NCBI GenBank assembly: GCA_965261395.1
Contig: OZ253462.1
Location: forward strand, 4,192,001 to 4,256,000
Source of the DNA: Candidatus Latescibacterota bacterium
Lineage (GTDB): Bacteria; Latescibacterota; UBA2968; UBA8231
Direction: 5' to 3'
DNA: 64,000 bases
Shown here: positions 48,321 to 57,816 of the stretch, in pieces
Numbering within the stretch: the first letter of the stretch is position 1
Layout of the letters: every line of letters starts with the position of its first letter
Program-made: the position numbers and the translations under genes
The notes under the pieces: model-generated
What the model saw: only the letters and a program-made list of their open reading frames with translations
What the model was told of the DNA's origin: nothing
Database searches by the model: none

Positions 48321-49322
48321 TTAGTTCAATCTCTGCACTACGATGTACCCCATGGGTAATTCCACGACTGGGCTCAGTTCCCCAACCTTCAGTTTCACTA
48401 CTACTTCCTCAATTTCGGGCATGAGTTCACCTGGGCCAAAAAACCCCAAATCCCCGCCTTGCTTGGCGTTGGGCGCTATGGAAAGCTGCTGTGCTAGCTG
48501 GAAGAAATCGGCTCCTTGGGCCATTTTTTCGAGAACTTTGAGTGCAGACGCTTCTGTTTCGACTAATATGTAGCGAGCCCGCATCTCACCGGCCATAATC
48601 GCCTGCACCTCTTCGATTTTGGCCGAGATCGCCTGGGCTAAGTAGGGATCCTGCGCCCGACCTTTAGCCAATTTGTAGTAATCGAGCGCTTCGGGATAGC
48701 GCCCGGCTCCGGCGAGGAGGAACGCAATATTGTTGTAGGCCTCGATATTCTCCGGCGATAACTCCGCTAGTTTTTGATAGTATTCAATGGCTCGATCAAC
48801 TGAGTCCTGTTGCGCGTAGTAATATCCATATAGGCGATAAGCTTCCGAGTTTTTGTCGTCCAAAGCCAAGGCTCGGTCGAGCTGTTCACGCGCCCGTTCG
48901 ATCTGCCCGGACTGCATATACAAAAAACCGAGGGCATTGTACACGGCCGCTGAGGAGGGGTTCAAAATCCGTGCCTGTTTCACATAAAAAAGGGCCGAAT
49001 CGACCTGACCTAGGGAAAGAAACGCCTTGCCGAGTTCTCTATATACGAGTGATTGCCTAGGGTCTTCAGCGAGCGATTGTTGCAGCGATTCAGCCGCCTG
49101 TTCATAGCCGCCGGTCTGCATATAGAGGCTGGCCAAGCGATTGAGAAACATCGCGCTGCCAGCACCCAGTTCGCGGGCCTTTTCGTATTCAGCTAACGCC
49201 AGCGTAGGCTGCCCTTGCTCCAATAGGGCATCTCCGCGCTGGACCGCCTCGACGATGTTTTGGCCGCTCGCCGGAATTGCTACTATCCCTATTACAGCGG
49301 CGATCAGTCCTATAAACCTCAT
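48321..49322 (-). CDS. Exported TPR protein with C-terminal parvulin (PpiC) domain
   Basis: Signal peptide, TPRs (AVYNALG, EAYNNIA), ARYILV...GGDLGFF...GYIVV. Confidence 0.88.
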   Translation of the reverse strand: MRFIGLIAAVIGIVAIPASGQNIVEAVQRGDALLEQGQPTLALAEYEKARELGAGSAMFLNRLASLYMQTGGYEQAAESLQQSLAEDPRQSLVYRELGKAFLSLGQVDSALFYVKQARILNPSSAAVYNALGFLYMQSGQIERAREQLDRALALDDKNSEAYRLYGYYYAQQDSVDRAIEYYQKLAELSPENIEAYNNIAFLLAGAGRYPEALDYYKLAKGRAQDPYLAQAISAKIEEVQAIMAGEMRARYILVETEASALKVLEKMAQGADFFQLAQQLSIAPNAKQGGDLGFFGPGELMPEIEEVVVKLKVGELSPVVELPMGYIVVQRLN

Positions 49323-49345
49323 ACTCCCTCACATCGCGTACTGAG

Positions 49346-50068
49346 CTAGCGCAGTTGGCGCAGGACTTCCGCGGTAATCCGTTCGACTAGATCGCTTTCT
49401 CCGACCGGCTCACAGGACGGTCGATCCTCAATTCCAAAGCGCTTCCTCAGATTCGTGAGATCTTCCACATCTTTACCCCCGAGTGTGCGTATCCCGCCGA
49501 GTTGGTGCGCCACCAAGGCGATTTGGGCAAAGTGTTCGACGGTCTCCATCTTGAAATGGGCGTCCATGACGTTTTGGCCCACGGTTACTACCCCGTGATT
49601 GGCCATTAGAACGGCGTCGTATTGCCGCAAAAGCGGTTTCATCGGCTCGACGATATCAGGGCCGCCAGGCGTGCCGTAGTCCGCTAGTGGAATACCCCCG
49701 AGGCTGACGATGACTTCGGGCAATACGCACTGAGTCAGCTCAATGCCAGCGACGGCAAAACCGGTCGCGGTCGGCGGATGCGCATGGACGACTGCGCGGA
49801 CATCAGGCCGCAACTTGTAGATTTCGAGGTGCATGCGGATTTCCGACGATATTTTCATCGCGCCCGCTACTTGCCGGCCCTCCATATCGCAGGTGGCCAG
49901 CATGTCTGCGCTCAGATAGCCCTTGCTCACCCCGGTCGGCGTACACAACACTAGGTGGTCCTCTATACGGACGCTAATATTGCCGTCATTGGCCGCTACG
50001 TACCCTCGTTGATAGACTCTGTGCCCTACTTCGCATATCTCTTTTTTTATCGCATACGCCGAATTCAT
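49346..50068 (-). CDS. Class II aldolase (FucA-like) with C-terminal BMC encapsulation-peptide-like helix
   Basis: NDGNISVR, TPTGVSKG, SSEIRMH, VVHAHP, NHG; tail DLVERITAEVLRQL. Confidence 0.9.
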   Translation of the reverse strand: MNSAYAIKKEICEVGHRVYQRGYVAANDGNISVRIEDHLVLCTPTGVSKGYLSADMLATCDMEGRQVAGAMKISSEIRMHLEIYKLRPDVRAVVHAHPPTATGFAVAGIELTQCVLPEVIVSLGGIPLADYGTPGGPDIVEPMKPLLRQYDAVLMANHGVVTVGQNVMDAHFKMETVEHFAQIALVAHQLGGIRTLGGKDVEDLTNLRKRFGIEDRPSCEPVGESDLVERITAEVLRQLR

Positions 50069-50895
50069 AAGGCAACCTTTCTCATCGTCCGCAGTCGGCG
50101 GCTACCAATCCACAGCCACCCCAAACCAGCCGGCAAGCACACATTAGAAGCAAAAATCAGGATGCTGGCCACAAAAGCGGGTTGCGGCTCTAAGCCGAGG
50201 CTGCTAAATACCAAGATGGCCGCTGCCTCGCGGACCCCTAGATCCAAAAACCCCAAGGGCAACAAGGTTTTCAGGGCAAATACCACTGGTACCGCCAACA
50301 CAACCTCTGAGTCGGCCCCTACGCTGGAAGTGACCAAATAGAAAAATTGCGCCATGAATACCATGTTGAACAAGACAGATAACCCGGCGATGGCCCCCCA
50401 TGCAACCGGCCCGCTTGCTTCTCGGCGGCACCAGCCCCAATAGAGCAGCGCACCGAGAATGCAAAATAGCACCAGCAAAAAGCCCCTGAGATGAGGCCAT
50501 AAAATCCATGCAGCTGCAGCCCCCAATCCCAACGTGACCGCGGCCGAACTCAACTTGTCCACGGCCGTCAGTAACGCGGCCTTGGTCCGGCTCCGCCCCA
50601 AGAAAACGCCGCGCCCCAACTCACCTAAACGGCTGGGTGTCACCAAACCGAGGGCTGCACCGCCCAGCAATGAATAGAGCGCATCCCGGCCATTGACTTC
50701 AGGGATTTGGTTGCGCAACAACAACTGCCACTTAATCCACTGTACGCCGATGCCTACTAGGGCAATCGCCCCGCAGATGAGCACTTTGTCCCTACCGACC
50801 TGCCCGGCGGCCGCAAGCAGCTCAGCCGGTTCGAGGTACCATGCGGCCCAGCCGAGCAGGGCCGTTGCCAAGATGATTTTTACCCAAATTACCAT
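50065..50895 (-). CDS. Lysylphosphatidylglycerol-synthase TM / flippase-like membrane protein
   Basis: TPSRLGELGR, LGVREAA, multiple TM segments. Confidence 0.8.
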   Translation of the reverse strand: MVIWVKIILATALLGWAAWYLEPAELLAAAGQVGRDKVLICGAIALVGIGVQWIKWQLLLRNQIPEVNGRDALYSLLGGAALGLVTPSRLGELGRGVFLGRSRTKAALLTAVDKLSSAAVTLGLGAAAAWILWPHLRGFLLVLFCILGALLYWGWCRREASGPVAWGAIAGLSVLFNMVFMAQFFYLVTSSVGADSEVVLAVPVVFALKTLLPLGFLDLGVREAAAILVFSSLGLEPQPAFVASILIFASNVCLPAGLGWLWIGSRRLRTMRKVAL

Positions 50896-50900
50896 GTAAT

Positions 50901-51188
50901 CTAAGCTGCCGGGGGTCGTATTAGGGGCAACGCAGCTTCTGTGCTCTCATGTGGCCGGGGAATGATACTGAGCGCAACTATTTCACCCGCACTCGCCGCG
51001 GCCACGGCACCAGCCTCAGTAGCCGCACGCACAGCGGCCACGTCTCCGCGGACGATGACCGAGACCAGCCCGCCGCCTACTTGCTGACAGCCGACCACCT
51101 CGACCTCAGCGGCTTTGACCATCGCGTCTGCCGCTTCGACCAGAGCTACCCAGCCGCGGGTTTCAATCATGCCCAGGGAGCGTCCCAT
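50901..51188 (-). CDS. Bacterial microcompartment hexamer shell protein (BMC-H)
   Basis: [22 protein letters not shown]...GGG...[15 protein letters not shown]...IPRPH. Confidence 0.95.
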   Translation of the reverse strand: MGRSLGMIETRGWVALVEAADAMVKAAEVEVVGCQQVGGGLVSVIVRGDVAAVRAATEAGAVAAASAGEIVALSIIPRPHESTEAALPLIRPPAA

Positions 51189-51327
51189 TGGTCTGTTTTG
51201 CCCTTGTTTAGACGGCAGAAGATAGGCGACCTAACTCCTTCCGTCAAAGCACAAAAAAGCGTCCCCCAAGACGGTCTGGGCAACGCCGCTGTGTTGGGCC
51301 CTAGTGCTCGGCTCTTTCTTCTCAGCC

Positions 51328-52419
51328 TCAAGCCTTAAAAAGGAAGGTGATGACGTCCCCATCGGCTACGGCATAATCCCGGCCTTCACTCCGCAATTGC
51401 CCGGCCGCTTTCAGTGGTGCCCATCCACCCATGGCGATTAGCTGGTTGCAAGAAGCCAATTCGGCGCGGATAAACCCTTTTTCCATGTCCGTGTGGATCC
51501 GCCCGGCCGCTCGTGGTGCCTTTTCCCCACGCGGCAACTGCCAAGCCTGCAACTTGCCGTTGGCGAGCGTGTAGAAGGTAATCAGTTCCAGCAGTTTGTA
51601 TCCGGCTTGGACTAAGCGCTCTATCCCCCCATGCTCCAGCCCCAATTCTCGGATGAACTCCACTCGCTCCTCCTGGCTCAGACCGGCCATCTCTGCTTCG
51701 AGCTGCGCCGAGACGATCAGCACTTGATCCGCTCCATAGCGCTCGACCAACCGATCCACCCATGGCCCCGGCGCGTCGGCCTCTACTTCCCCGACATTAG
51801 CCGCATAAAGCACTGGCCTTGCCGTCAGCAAGCTATACGGAGCGAGCGCGTCCCTTTCTTCGGTGGCTAACCCCAGCGCTGCTGCCCCCGTTCCGCGCTG
51901 CAATCCCGCTAAGACCTTGGCGCAAGCCGCCAGCTCTTGCGCCCGTGTGCTGCGCGGCTCAGAGCGGACCACCTTGTCTAGATGGGGCACAGCCTTTTCC
52001 ATCACCGCCAAATCAGCAAGCAGCAACTCCGTCTCAATGGTCCCAATATCACGCAAGGGGTCAATCGCCCCATCTACATGGCTTATTTGCGCGTCGTCAA
52101 AACAGCGCACCACGTGGACTAGGGCATCGACATCTCTGATGTGGGCGAGAAATTGATTGCCCAACCCGGCACCTTGGTTGGCACCCCGTACCAGCCCGGC
52201 AATATCGACAAAGTGGATGCTCGTAGGCGTTGTGGATTCCGGCTGAATGACCTCGCTCAGCCGCTCCAAGCGCTGATCCGGGATTTCGACTGTACCCACA
52301 TTGGGTGCCACTGTACAAAATGGGTAATTAGATACCTCAACCCCATCTCCTGTTAGCGCGTTGAAGAGCGTTGATTTGCCTACATTGGGCAAGCCGATTA
52401 TGCCGATGGAGAGAGCCAT
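51328..52419 (-). CDS. ychF: Redox-regulated ATPase YchF
   Basis: [49 protein letters not shown]. Confidence 0.96.
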   Translation of the reverse strand: MALSIGIIGLPNVGKSTLFNALTGDGVEVSNYPFCTVAPNVGTVEIPDQRLERLSEVIQPESTTPTSIHFVDIAGLVRGANQGAGLGNQFLAHIRDVDALVHVVRCFDDAQISHVDGAIDPLRDIGTIETELLLADLAVMEKAVPHLDKVVRSEPRSTRAQELAACAKVLAGLQRGTGAAALGLATEERDALAPYSLLTARPVLYAANVGEVEADAPGPWVDRLVERYGADQVLIVSAQLEAEMAGLSQEERVEFIRELGLEHGGIERLVQAGYKLLELITFYTLANGKLQAWQLPRGEKAPRAAGRIHTDMEKGFIRAELASCNQLIAMGGWAPLKAAGQLRSEGRDYAVADGDVITFLFKA

Positions 52420-52437
52420 ACCTTACATAGAAAATAA

Positions 52438-52476
52438 ATTAAGTCCCTGTAAGTTACTGTCTCACAGGGACTTAAT
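52438..52476 (-). terminator. Terminator after tRNA cluster
   Basis: ATTAAGTCCCTGT / ACAGGGACTTAAT perfect inverted repeat, T-rich on the - strand. Confidence 0.8.
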
Positions 52477-52479
52477 CAG

Positions 52480-52557
52480 TGGTCGGGGTGGCCGGATTTG
52501 AACCGGCGACCCCCTGCTCCCGAAGCAGGTGCGCTAGCCGGGCTGCGCTACACCCCG
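52480..52557 (-). tRNA. tRNA-Pro(CGG)
   Basis: CGGGGTG acceptor stem, CCTGC-TTCGGGA-GCAGG anticodon arm, GGTTCAAATCC, CCA. Confidence 0.97.
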
Positions 52558-52603
52558 ACATGGATGAGCGAAAGCTGTGATCTCTATACTGTAGCAATAA
52601 AAA

Positions 52604-52681
52604 TGGTCGGGGTGACTGGATTTGAACCAGCGACCTCTTCCACCCCAAGGAAGCGCGCTAGCCGGGCTGCGCCACACCCCG
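52604..52681 (-). tRNA. tRNA-Pro(GGG)
   Basis: CGGGGTG acceptor stem, CTTCC-TTGGGGT-GGAAG anticodon arm, CCA. Confidence 0.97.
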
Positions 52682-52714
52682 ATTCAATTATCCGACCGTA
52701 CTCTGGCGACAAAA

Positions 52715-52791
52715 TGGTGAGCTAACCAGGATTCGAACCTGGGACCTCCGGTTCCGGAGACCGGCGCTCTATCCAACTGAGCTATTAGCCC
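52715..52791 (-). tRNA. tRNA-Arg(CCG)
   Basis: GGGCTAA acceptor stem, CCGGT-CTCCGGA-ACCGG anticodon arm, GGTTCGAATCC, CCA. Confidence 0.97.
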
Positions 52792-52797
52792 CTTAGC

Positions 52798-52893
52798 CTA
52801 GATATTCTTCTTCTTGTGTCGATTTTTGCGCAGTCTCTTCTTGCGCTTGTGCGTAGCGATCTTATGCCGCTTTCTCTTCCTGCCACAGGGCAT
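52798..52893 (-). CDS. Small basic ribosomal protein bS22-like (AURKAIP1/COX24 domain), 31 aa; not in the ORF track
   Basis: Translated by hand: MPCGRKRKRHKIATHKRKKRLRKNRHKKKNI. Confidence 0.85.
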   Translation of the reverse strand: MPCGRKRKRHKIATHKRKKRLRKNRHKKKNI

Positions 52894-53203
52894 CTTTTTT
52901 GTCTCCTGGATCTTTGTCCTCTACGTTTTCCCCATTGACGCGCGCCCGCAATTCCTTTGAAGGCTTAAACGTCGGGGCCTTGCGACCGGCGATTTTTACT
53001 TCGGCACCCGTACGCGGATTGCGGCCTGTGCGCGGCGCCCGCTCGACGACTTTGAAGGTGCCAAAACCGCGAATTTCAATGTGATTTTCCCGTTCCAAAG
53101 CCTCGACTACGGATTCAATAAAGCCATCGACAATAGCTGCAGTATCCGTCTTGGTAAGCCCTGTTCCTTCGGCGATTAGACGCACGATATCAGCTTTTGT
53201 CAA
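52862..53203 (-). CDS. HU/IHF family DNA-binding protein
   Basis: TKADIV...EIRGFGTFKVVERAPRTGRNPRTG...PTFKPS. Confidence 0.95.
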   Translation of the reverse strand: MTKADIVRLIAEGTGLTKTDTAAIVDGFIESVVEALERENHIEIRGFGTFKVVERAPRTGRNPRTGAEVKIAGRKAPTFKPSKELRARVNGENVEDKDPGDKKDALWQEEKAA

Positions 53204-53312
53204 GACCGTAATCTCTATTCGGGTGGGTTGAAACCGCGTTAACTATCACGCCAACAAATAGTTTTATAGGATATAGCACGATCCATGTTCTGTCAAGATA
53301 AGCAGTGCCCTC

Positions 53313-54086
53313 TTAGCCCGAGTCGAGGTCTTTGCCAAGTACGAAAACCTCTTCGAGTACTGAGAAATCCACGATCGACTTGAGGATGACCCGCAAAAAG
53401 ACCGGGGCCCGTTTCTCCTGATTCACCTCCACCACCGTGCCAATCGGTATGCCCTTGGGGTAGCGCCCGCCCAACCCCGACGACACGACCAGATCGCCCT
53501 CCCGCACCAAGTTGCTCGCTTCGACGAATCGCAACTGGAACCGGCCGTCGACCCACGAGACAATGCCTTGGGCACGCGTCGCTTGGATCAAAGCACTAAC
53601 CCTCGTGCGCATCAACAACTGCACGACCGAGTCCGATGCGCCAACTTGGGTAATGTGCCCGACGAGCCCTTTGGGCGTCACCACGGGCATATCCTTGTCT
53701 ACGCCAAGGTCGCGACCAGCGTTGATGACGATCGTGTCGTAAATGTGATCGGGGTCTCGGCCGATCACCTCGGCAGAAATAACGCGCGTACCTCCATCTA
53801 TAGGCCGAAAGGACAAGGCCTTGCGCAGGCGCACATTTTCCCATCCAGCTTCCTGCAGCTGCATGTTGTCGAGGGCTAGGGCTACGTTTTGGGTCAGGAG
53901 AAAACGGCTCTTTTCCTCGTTGCGGGCAGAGTGGGTGACTCGCGAAAACAGTGCTTGACCTGATGCCAATAAACCTACTTGGCACCGCTCGGCGATGTAG
54001 GTCTTATAGGATCGAGGTAAGCTCATCAGGATCAAGGCGCAGGCAATGGCCAGCCCAATGACGAAGAACTCCCGGGTATTAGCCAT
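53313..54086 (-). CDS. mreC: Rod shape-determining protein MreC
   Basis: ENVRLRKAL, AEVIGRDP, GLVG, VSSGLGGRYPKGIPIG. Confidence 0.92.
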   Translation of the reverse strand: MANTREFFVIGLAIACALILMSLPRSYKTYIAERCQVGLLASGQALFSRVTHSARNEEKSRFLLTQNVALALDNMQLQEAGWENVRLRKALSFRPIDGGTRVISAEVIGRDPDHIYDTIVINAGRDLGVDKDMPVVTPKGLVGHITQVGASDSVVQLLMRTRVSALIQATRAQGIVSWVDGRFQLRFVEASNLVREGDLVVSSGLGGRYPKGIPIGTVVEVNQEKRAPVFLRVILKSIVDFSVLEEVFVLGKDLDSG

Positions 54087-54092
54087 AGTCGA

Positions 54093-55112
54093 TTAGAGCA
54101 GAACTTGGCGGTAGTTATCAAACTCTTCGAGAATGCGGGCATTGCCCCGCACCACGGCCGAAAGCGGGTCTTCACTATCGACATAAGTAGGCAAATTCGT
54201 CGCCTCAAGCAGGTGCTCCTTCAGCCCCCGCAGCATGCTCCCACCACCGCAGAGCACCATGCCCCTATCGAGGATATCAGCCGCCAATTCGGGCGGCATC
54301 CTCTCCAACACTCTGCGCACGCTGGCGACAATTTGAGCTACGGAACCGGATAGGGCTTCTCGTATCTGAGCTGAGTCCACCTGCAAGACTTTGGGTAGCC
54401 CAGCTATGGTATCGCGACCGCGCACCGCGATACTCTCTTCTGTATCCAATTCCGTCGCCGACCCGATTTTCCACTTGATGGTCTCAGCACCTTGGATGCC
54501 AATAAGCAGGTTGTGCTTTCTACGCATCCACTCGGTAATTGACTGGTCCATGGCCTCTCCAGCCACCCGCAGCGACTCGTGTTCGACTAGACCTGAAAGG
54601 GCGATTACGGCGACCTCCGTCGTCCCGCCGCCAACATCAATAACCATTGAACCGACGGCTTGGTCAACCGGCAATCCCATGCCGATGGCTGCAGCCATCG
54701 GCTCGCTGACTAGATGAACTTCTCTAGCCCCCACGCGCTCGCAGGAGTTTCGCACGGCCCGTTTCTCTACTTCCGTGCTGCCTGCCGGGACCGCGACCAC
54801 AATCTTAGGCCGCACGAAAAGCTTGTTCTTTTTTACTTTGCGGATAAAGCTGCGAATCATCTCTTCGGTAACTTCAAAATCGGCGATGACGCCGTCCTTC
54901 AGGGGGCGAATTATTTGAATGCCGGCGTTTTCACGCCCCATCATCTCCTTGGCCTCTGCGCCGACGGCAATGATTTTTTGGGTGGCGACTTGGCGGGCTA
55001 CAACCGAGGGCTCGTTGAGGACGATTCCCTTGCCTTTGACAAATACCAAGGTATTGGCGGTGCCCAAGTCTATGCCTATTTCATGCGAAAAGAAACGCGA
55101 TAAAACACTCAT
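54093..55112 (-). CDS. mreB: Rod shape-determining protein MreB
   Basis: IDLGTANTLV, PLKDGVIADF, EPMAAAIG, DVGGGTTEVAVI. Confidence 0.97.
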   Translation of the reverse strand: MSVLSRFFSHEIGIDLGTANTLVFVKGKGIVLNEPSVVARQVATQKIIAVGAEAKEMMGRENAGIQIIRPLKDGVIADFEVTEEMIRSFIRKVKKNKLFVRPKIVVAVPAGSTEVEKRAVRNSCERVGAREVHLVSEPMAAAIGMGLPVDQAVGSMVIDVGGGTTEVAVIALSGLVEHESLRVAGEAMDQSITEWMRRKHNLLIGIQGAETIKWKIGSATELDTEESIAVRGRDTIAGLPKVLQVDSAQIREALSGSVAQIVASVRRVLERMPPELAADILDRGMVLCGGGSMLRGLKEHLLEATNLPTYVDSEDPLSAVVRGNARILEEFDNYRQVLL

Positions 55113-55211
55113 TCTGTATCTCCATCCAAAAAGTTAAATCTAGACTCTGTAGCCTTGGTCTGAACACCCCGGCATCAAGAGCATCCGCTACTACTTAATC
55201 TATAATAACCA

Positions 55212-55238
55212 AGGTGATTTGGATTTGCCAAATCACCT
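55212..55238. promoter_or_regulatory. Perfect 11-bp inverted repeat AGGTGATTTGG-N5-CCAAATCACCT in a divergent promoter region
   Basis: Read directly; lies next to TATAAT at 55201. Confidence 0.5.
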
Positions 55239-55313
55239 GCCCTCTCATATCTTTTAGCGCTAGTTAATTCTGGACACAACTAACGCAAATTTCAAGGAGG
55301 CAGCGCATTCGCT

Positions 55314-55799
55314 ATGAACAAGGCTGCGCGGCATGTACTGCGGAGATTAGGCACTGATACTAGCTTGGACCACGAGCGCCAACAGCGCCTTTCACGCGAG
55401 GTCCAAGAAGAGCAGCAAAAACGCCGGGAACAAGGGGGCGATCAAGATACCAGCTTCGAGGCCATTCCCGAGGAAATGCTGACGGAGTCGGAAAAGCGCC
55501 ACGAGAAGTATCGCCGCCAACAGGCCATGGCCGGCCGGTTTACCCCCGCTGCCGAGCGCCTGCCCATTATGACGGCTGAAGAGCGGGCCGCCCACAACAA
55601 GGATCGTCCCAAGTGGCAGCAGACTTCGTTTGAGGGGCCGATTGAAAAGCTAATCGAGAAATACCAAGACCTAGAGGAAGTACAACGCCATCTGACCTTG
55701 GGTCAATCCATGAAGTACGAGTTTACCAGCGACGGCCGCGTCCTCGACAAAGAAGGCAATGTGATCTTCGATGGAGAAAAGCTCGTCGGCAAACTCTAG
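55314..55799 (+). CDS. Hypothetical charged protein
   Basis: SD AAGGAGG and a 161-aa ORF. Confidence 0.7.
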   Translation: MNKAARHVLRRLGTDTSLDHERQQRLSREVQEEQQKRREQGGDQDTSFEAIPEEMLTESEKRHEKYRRQQAMAGRFTPAAERLPIMTAEERAAHNKDRPKWQQTSFEGPIEKLIEKYQDLEEVQRHLTLGQSMKYEFTSDGRVLDKEGNVIFDGEKLVGKL

Positions 55800-55852
55800 G
55801 TTAGCTTGCTCCCCTCTTAAGACGCACAAGTGGCCGCTGGCCACAATCCGAC

Positions 55853-56917
55853 TTGATGCCTCGTCTTTATCGACTTCTCATCGGGCTTGGCCTGTTGAGC
55901 GTCTGTGGCTGCAATCTCAATTACTATTGGCATCTGGCTCGCGGCCAAAGTCGCGTGGTATACAAGCGCATACCAGTCCAAAACCTCCTCGCCCGCCCCG
56001 ACTTGGCCGAGCAAACTCGGACGCAACTAGAGCTGATCCAAGCCATTCTTCGCTACGCCGAAAGCGTGGGGCTGAAAACAGACGATCATTACACGACCTT
56101 CTACGATACGGGTGGCGACCCGATCAGTTGGAATGTTAGCGCTTCTCCGCCCGACCACTTCTCGCCCTATACTTGGGATTTTCCGTTCGTCGGCGAGGTC
56201 CCCTACAAAGGTTTCTTTTGCCGCGACTTGGCCGACGAGCAGCGCGATGCCCTCGCCGCTGCTGGGTATGACGCAATCGTTCGCCCGGTCAGTGCCTACA
56301 GCACCTTGGGCATTTTCTCCGATCCAATCCTCAGCTCAATGCTCGGCTACGCGCCCGACCAGCTAGCCGATTTGATCCTCCACGAACTGACTCACGCCCT
56401 CGTCTATGCCCCGGGGCAGACCGATTACAACGAGAGCTTGGCGACCTTCGTCGGCCGCCAAGGATCCCTGCTCTTCTTGGTGCAGCACTTCGGCACCGAG
56501 ACTCCTCTCTTGCAACAGGCCGAGGCGCGACGAGCGGACGCGGCCCTCTTTCGGCACTTCATGGCCGAGACCGTTGCAGCACTCGACAGCCTCTACTCAT
56601 TGGACTTGCCCCGCAGCGTTGTACTGCGCGACCGGCAGGTCGTTTTTGCTCAGCGCCAGCGCGATTTCGCCCTCATTAGAACGCAGTTTACCAACAACCA
56701 GTACGATGGGTTCCTCCAGTGGGAACTAAACAATGCACGGCTTCTGTCTTATCGTCGCTACAACGCCAATCTAGCGCTTTTTTCCGCTGTTTATCTCGCC
56801 CGTGACGAGGACTTGGCCAGTGCCTTGGAGATTTTTGCGGCCTGCGCTGAAGACGGGGACCCCTGGCAGTGCCTACGCGTCACAATAGAGGCGAAGGAAG
56901 CGAGGAACTCGTTCTAG
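55853..56917 (+). CDS. Putative aminopeptidase lipoprotein (HExxH)
   Basis: Lipobox-like Cys, WDFPFVGEVPYKGFF, AYSTLG..SDP, ILHELTH, NESLATFV. Confidence 0.85.
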   Translation: MMPRLYRLLIGLGLLSVCGCNLNYYWHLARGQSRVVYKRIPVQNLLARPDLAEQTRTQLELIQAILRYAESVGLKTDDHYTTFYDTGGDPISWNVSASPPDHFSPYTWDFPFVGEVPYKGFFCRDLADEQRDALAAAGYDAIVRPVSAYSTLGIFSDPILSSMLGYAPDQLADLILHELTHALVYAPGQTDYNESLATFVGRQGSLLFLVQHFGTETPLLQQAEARRADAALFRHFMAETVAALDSLYSLDLPRSVVLRDRQVVFAQRQRDFALIRTQFTNNQYDGFLQWELNNARLLSYRRYNANLALFSAVYLARDEDLASALEIFAACAEDGDPWQCLRVTIEAKEARNSF

Positions 56918-56946
56918 CATTCTCTTCGCTAAACTCTTGGGTCCGA

Positions 56947-57816
56947 ATGGTAGCTAAACACATTTTGACAACGGTCTTGCTGGCGACCCTCGCCTTTGGG
57001 CCGCTGGGGTGCGCCGCGAGGTTGCAGTCCGCGCTAGTGGGGTCGCTGATAGAAGACGTCAGTGCGGCCACCGCCCGCCACGACGACTTGGATTTGGTCA
57101 CTTCGGGTGTACCTACCTTCCTGCTCTTATTAGAGGGACTGCTGGTAGCCAATCCCCAAGACCAGCAATTGCTCTTAAGCGCTGCTGAGACCTATACTTC
57201 CTACGCTACTTTGGTCGAAGTCGATGATCCTCAACGAGCCAAGCACCTGTACCACCGGGCCAAGGTGTACGGTCTCAAAGCCCTCTCTCAGCGCCTTCGT
57301 CAACCAAGCTTACTCCGAGCACCGTATGCTGAGTTTACCCACGTCATCGACGACTTAGAGACCTCAGATCTGCCGGTCGTGTTCTGGGCCGCTTCGAGTT
57401 GGGGTGCTTGGATCAGTGCCAATATTGAATCCATGGCGGCACTGGCCGAACTGCCCAAAGTCATTAAACTCATGCAGTGGATCGTGGCCCAAGACGAGAC
57501 CTTTCAATACGGGAGTCCTCATGTCTTCTTAGGGTCTTATTACGCAGCTCTGCCGCCGATGTTGGGCGGCGACCCGGAAAAGGCCACCGAGCACTTCGAC
57601 CGAGCAGTCGCCATCAGCAAAGGGCAGGTACTCATGGTGTACGTAGCCAAGGCCAAATTCTATGCGCGGAACACTTTTGACCGGGTGCTATACGAATCCC
57701 TGCTCAACCAAGCCCTAACCAGCCCAGCGGACGCCGTACCGGAGCTTACCTTGCAAAACATCGCCGCCCAAAAACAGGCGCAGATCCTGCTAGACCAAGC
57801 CGATGACTTCTTTTAA
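56947..57816 (+). CDS. TRAP transporter TatT (T-component) lipoprotein
   Basis: LGC lipobox, LLEGLL...P, PMLGGDPEKA..HF.RA; directly upstream of dctP. Confidence 0.88.
   Translation: MVAKHILTTVLLATLAFGPLGCAARLQSALVGSLIEDVSAATARHDDLDLVTSGVPTFLLLLEGLLVANPQDQQLLLSAAETYTSYATLVEVDDPQRAKHLYHRAKVYGLKALSQRLRQPSLLRAPYAEFTHVIDDLETSDLPVVFWAASSWGAWISANIESMAALAELPKVIKLMQWIVAQDETFQYGSPHVFLGSYYAALPPMLGGDPEKATEHFDRAVAISKGQVLMVYVAKAKFYARNTFDRVLYESLLNQALTSPADAVPELTLQNIAAQKQAQILLDQADDFF

Noticed and set aside
52420-52447. Possible eighth dif-like site before ychF (GGGACTTAATT TATTTT CTATGTAAGGT, - strand)
   Set aside because: The left arm lacks ATAA and is explained by the terminator stem; too degenerate to call without a PWM.
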